A stretch of 64,000 bases of DNA, taken from positions 1,952,001 through 2,016,000 of the forward strand of contig CAXXTB010000002.1 in the NCBI GenBank assembly GCA_963676795.2. Direction: 5' to 3'. The notes below the pieces were generated by a model. That model was not told the origin of the DNA, searched no databases, and saw only the letters and a list, made by a program, of their open reading frames with translations. This DNA comes from Geopsychrobacteraceae bacterium (GTDB lineage Bacteria; Desulfobacterota; Desulfuromonadia; Desulfuromonadales; Geopsychrobacteraceae). The translations under genes and the position numbers were made by a program. Positions 61,536-64,000 of this stretch are shown here, piece after piece (within the stretch, counting starts at the first letter, position 1; every line of letters begins with the position of its first letter).

Positions 61536-62786
61536 TCAATCAGTGGAGGGGTTTGAAATTTCATGGATGATTTTCCAGCGACCCTGCTCATTAACCAGCA
61601 CCAGTCTTTTCTGGCTCTGATCATGATAAAGATCGCTGGAATAGGACTGCAGAAAACGAACCTGATATTTCTCATCAGCCAGGGGGGTGACCTCAAGATT
61701 GTCAATAAAGATTCGAATATACTCAGGTTTTGTCAAAAAAATCTGACGAGAGTTTTTCCAGCCGGCGACATCCTGCTCTCCTTCAGGTTCGAACCGGTCA
61801 CTGTAACAGCTCAGATAACGAGCGACATCCTGATCCTGCCAAGCCTGAACCCAGGCATCCAGAAACATCCGAATAGTATCGACAGCGGTATCGATCCCGG
61901 CGGCCCCGGTCCGCAAGTTTACGGCTTCCCCCGCCAAACCAGTTGCAACTGAAGTGAAGGTCACGGGACCGGCCAGTGGCCTCAGAAATTCAGCAGAATC
62001 CGCAGCGTCCCTCTCTTGTAGCAAAAGACAGAACAGTTCAGATCCAGAATCACGATAGAGCCCTGCAGCAAGATTGAACAGCGAATCAACCAACAGCTCA
62101 TTCGTATGAAAATATTCGCTGGCAATGTTGAGCAGATTTGCCAGACTGCACTCTGAGGCCTGAAAGGCATTCACGCAGTCGACCAGTTGCCCCTGAATGA
62201 AGACAACCGAAGCACGCAACCCGGCGAGCTGCTCTTGCGCGTCACTGAAGAGATCTCCGGAGCCGTTCACTGAAGATTGGGGAATCGGGACAGACAAAGA
62301 GTCAACGCTCTGCAGCCCCGTGAGCTGGACATAGTTCGCAGAGGCGATACGCAGGTCGACTCTGGCGGCAGCCAGGCGAGCGCGGCTGCCTTCCAGATGA
62401 GCAATGTCGCTGAGCGACGCAGCTAAAGAGTCGGCGTCAGCTCCCGCTTCGAGACGACCAGCAAGTTCTTGATAGAAACCAACCCTCTTTTCCGCAACAG
62501 CCACTATTTCACGAGCCCTGACAACTTCCAGATGGGCAATTACTGCATCGAGTGCAATTTGGCGGCTTGCCGCCAGGACCTGACGGTCAGCAGAGTCTCC
62601 CCCAGGGCTTGCCGCCGCATCATTCGCCGCAGTCTCCTGGCAGACGGAAATTGCCGCCTGCTGACCCGATTTTAACATCAGAGACATCTGTACCGATTGT
62701 TCAAGACTGACAGTCTCAGCGAAACCAGAACTGAGACACCCGGAAAACAAACAGACTGCAACGGCTATACAGAAAACTTTATTCAT
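61536..62786 (-). CDS. Exported protein with degenerate TolC-like helices and C-terminal NTF2-like (Cds6 C-terminal-like) domain
   Basis: Signal peptide; helical segment resembling outer membrane efflux proteins; WVQAWQ..D...YLSCYS..F...V.F.QSY.S...K.L......WKII.E. Confidence 0.6.
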   Translation of the reverse strand: MNKVFCIAVAVCLFSGCLSSGFAETVSLEQSVQMSLMLKSGQQAAISVCQETAANDAAASPGGDSADRQVLAASRQIALDAVIAHLEVVRAREIVAVAEKRVGFYQELAGRLEAGADADSLAASLSDIAHLEGSRARLAAARVDLRIASANYVQLTGLQSVDSLSVPIPQSSVNGSGDLFSDAQEQLAGLRASVVFIQGQLVDCVNAFQASECSLANLLNIASEYFHTNELLVDSLFNLAAGLYRDSGSELFCLLLQERDAADSAEFLRPLAGPVTFTSVATGLAGEAVNLRTGAAGIDTAVDTIRMFLDAWVQAWQDQDVARYLSCYSDRFEPEGEQDVAGWKNSRQIFLTKPEYIRIFIDNLEVTPLADEKYQVRFLQSYSSDLYHDQSQKRLVLVNEQGRWKIIHEISNPSTD

Positions 62787-62926
62787 TTTTCATGGCCCTG
62801 ATCGTTGAGCAGATAGCATTCCTAAAGTTGACAGTTAGTCACACGAAACGATGAGGGGAGAAAAAAACTGCCGGGGTGGCCGCTGAGTGTTGAGTGAACG
62901 ACCCGGTCAACAGGAACGGGCATCCT

Positions 62927-63529
62927 TCAACTGGCAATCCGCTGTGCAAAAAACTGGGCATATTCCTCGGCGAACATCTCAACCTTGGCCTCATCATAGC
63001 TGGCCCCGTCTGTTCCATAGACGATAAATTCCGTCGCCTTGACCAGAAAAAGGGAGAACATCAGCTCACTCATCGACTCGAAATCGACCTTTTTGATCCG
63101 CCCGGCGGCATGCAGCCCTTCTAGGTAATCAACGAGCTGGGTGATCAACCCCTTGATGCGCAAGAAAGCATTGTAGTAGATGTCATGGTCGTAGATGGCA
63201 TCGATCAGCATCGACAGACGATAGGCCGGCATGTGATCGATATGCAGAATCATATAGATTTTAAAGAGATGGGCCAATTGTTCGGTCAGATCATCGGCAA
63301 AAGAATACCTGGTAATATCGACCTGACTGGGGTCCGGGGTCAGTTGCAGGAAAGCCTCCAGAAACAGTTTATCCTTGGAGCCAAAAACCCTGAAGATCGT
63401 CGTCTCATTGACCGAGGCTTTCTCTGCGATACTCTTCATGCTGGTCCGGGAATAACCTTTGACCGCAAACAGGTCGATTGCGGCCTGGAGAATTCGTTCC
63501 CTGGTATCTGTCATGCGTGTCCCGGACAT
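62927..63529 (-). CDS. TetR/AcrR family transcriptional regulator
   Basis: RILQAAIDLF..KGY..TSMKSIA..A.VNETTIFRVFGSKDKL. Confidence 0.9.
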   Translation of the reverse strand: MSGTRMTDTRERILQAAIDLFAVKGYSRTSMKSIAEKASVNETTIFRVFGSKDKLFLEAFLQLTPDPSQVDITRYSFADDLTEQLAHLFKIYMILHIDHMPAYRLSMLIDAIYDHDIYYNAFLRIKGLITQLVDYLEGLHAAGRIKKVDFESMSELMFSLFLVKATEFIVYGTDGASYDEAKVEMFAEEYAQFFAQRIAS

Positions 63530-63734
63530 AAGACCTACTTCCTCTGTGTAAAATCAGCCTGTAGTATATTGAAGGATCGATGAAACATTGTCGGGCCATA
63601 CTACAGTCTTTAATGATGGTTATCAAGGATCAACCCACCATACTTGTTGACAAAAAAGTCTCCGCAAGTATGATCAACCTACCTTAAAAAGCGACCCCCG
63701 CGCCGTTAACCGTTGATCCCGCCTGGAGACTGCC

Positions 63735-64000
63735 GTGCTGACAGAGAAAAAAGCAACTGACACCGAACACCTCATTCTCGAGAGCGCGATACATGCCTTT
63801 TCCAAATATGGCTACAGCGATGCGACCATCAAACAGATAGCCGAACTGGCAGGTTATAATACCCTCACTGTTTTTCGTCATTTCAAAGACAAGGAAAATC
63901 TGTTCCGCTGTGCTGTCAGCTTTTACAACAACTTTGATTACGACATTGACAAAATTGATCTTTCAACCTGCTTTGAGAACCTTGAAGCCGACCTGGCCTA
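63735..64000 (+). CDS. TetR/AcrR family regulator, truncated by window end (not in ORF track)
   Basis: GGAG RBS, GTG start, MLTEKKATDTEHLILESAIHAFSKYGYSDATIKQIAELAGYNTLTVFRHFKDKENLF; TTGACA-N16-TATGAT at 63647-63674. Confidence 0.85.
   Translation, partial: MLTEKKATDTEHLILESAIHAFSKYGYSDATIKQIAELAGYNTLTVFRHFKDKENLFRCAVSFYNNFDYDIDKIDLSTCFENLEADLA

Overview
Chromosomal window from a bacterium whose gene content suggests a Desulfuromonadales/Geobacter-like deltaproteobacterium (inference). It holds about 48 CDSs and no rRNA, tRNA, CRISPR array, integrase or transposase that I could recognise. The left part is housekeeping-like: OmpA, two radical SAM genes, acpH, dppDF-like ATPases, ptsP, pyc and typA. 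Four regions stand out. (1) A sigma54 activator with a degenerate [FeFe]-hydrogenase-like sensor domain; the same palindrome lies over its own promoter and, in tandem, upstream of a sigma54 promoter that appears to drive a ~95 nt terminated small RNA with C-rich loops. (2) A ~16 kb cluster (aroK-aroB fusion, IclR, HMG-CoA-lyase-like, Zn dehydrogenase, TctCBA, acylating aldehyde dehydrogenase, TIM-barrel protein, ThDP enzyme, exporters, type I aroD) with a shared candidate operator, possibly an uncharacterised hydroaromatic catabolic pathway. (3) A lexA-small protein-dinB cassette followed by a MITE-like element. (4) A polyphosphate locus (ppk1, ppx, sixA, ppk2) with a tightly linked CHAD-ParA-CYTH-HhH/lysine-tail operon that could be a polyP granule positioning system. 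All functions are inferred from motifs read by eye; no database searches were run.
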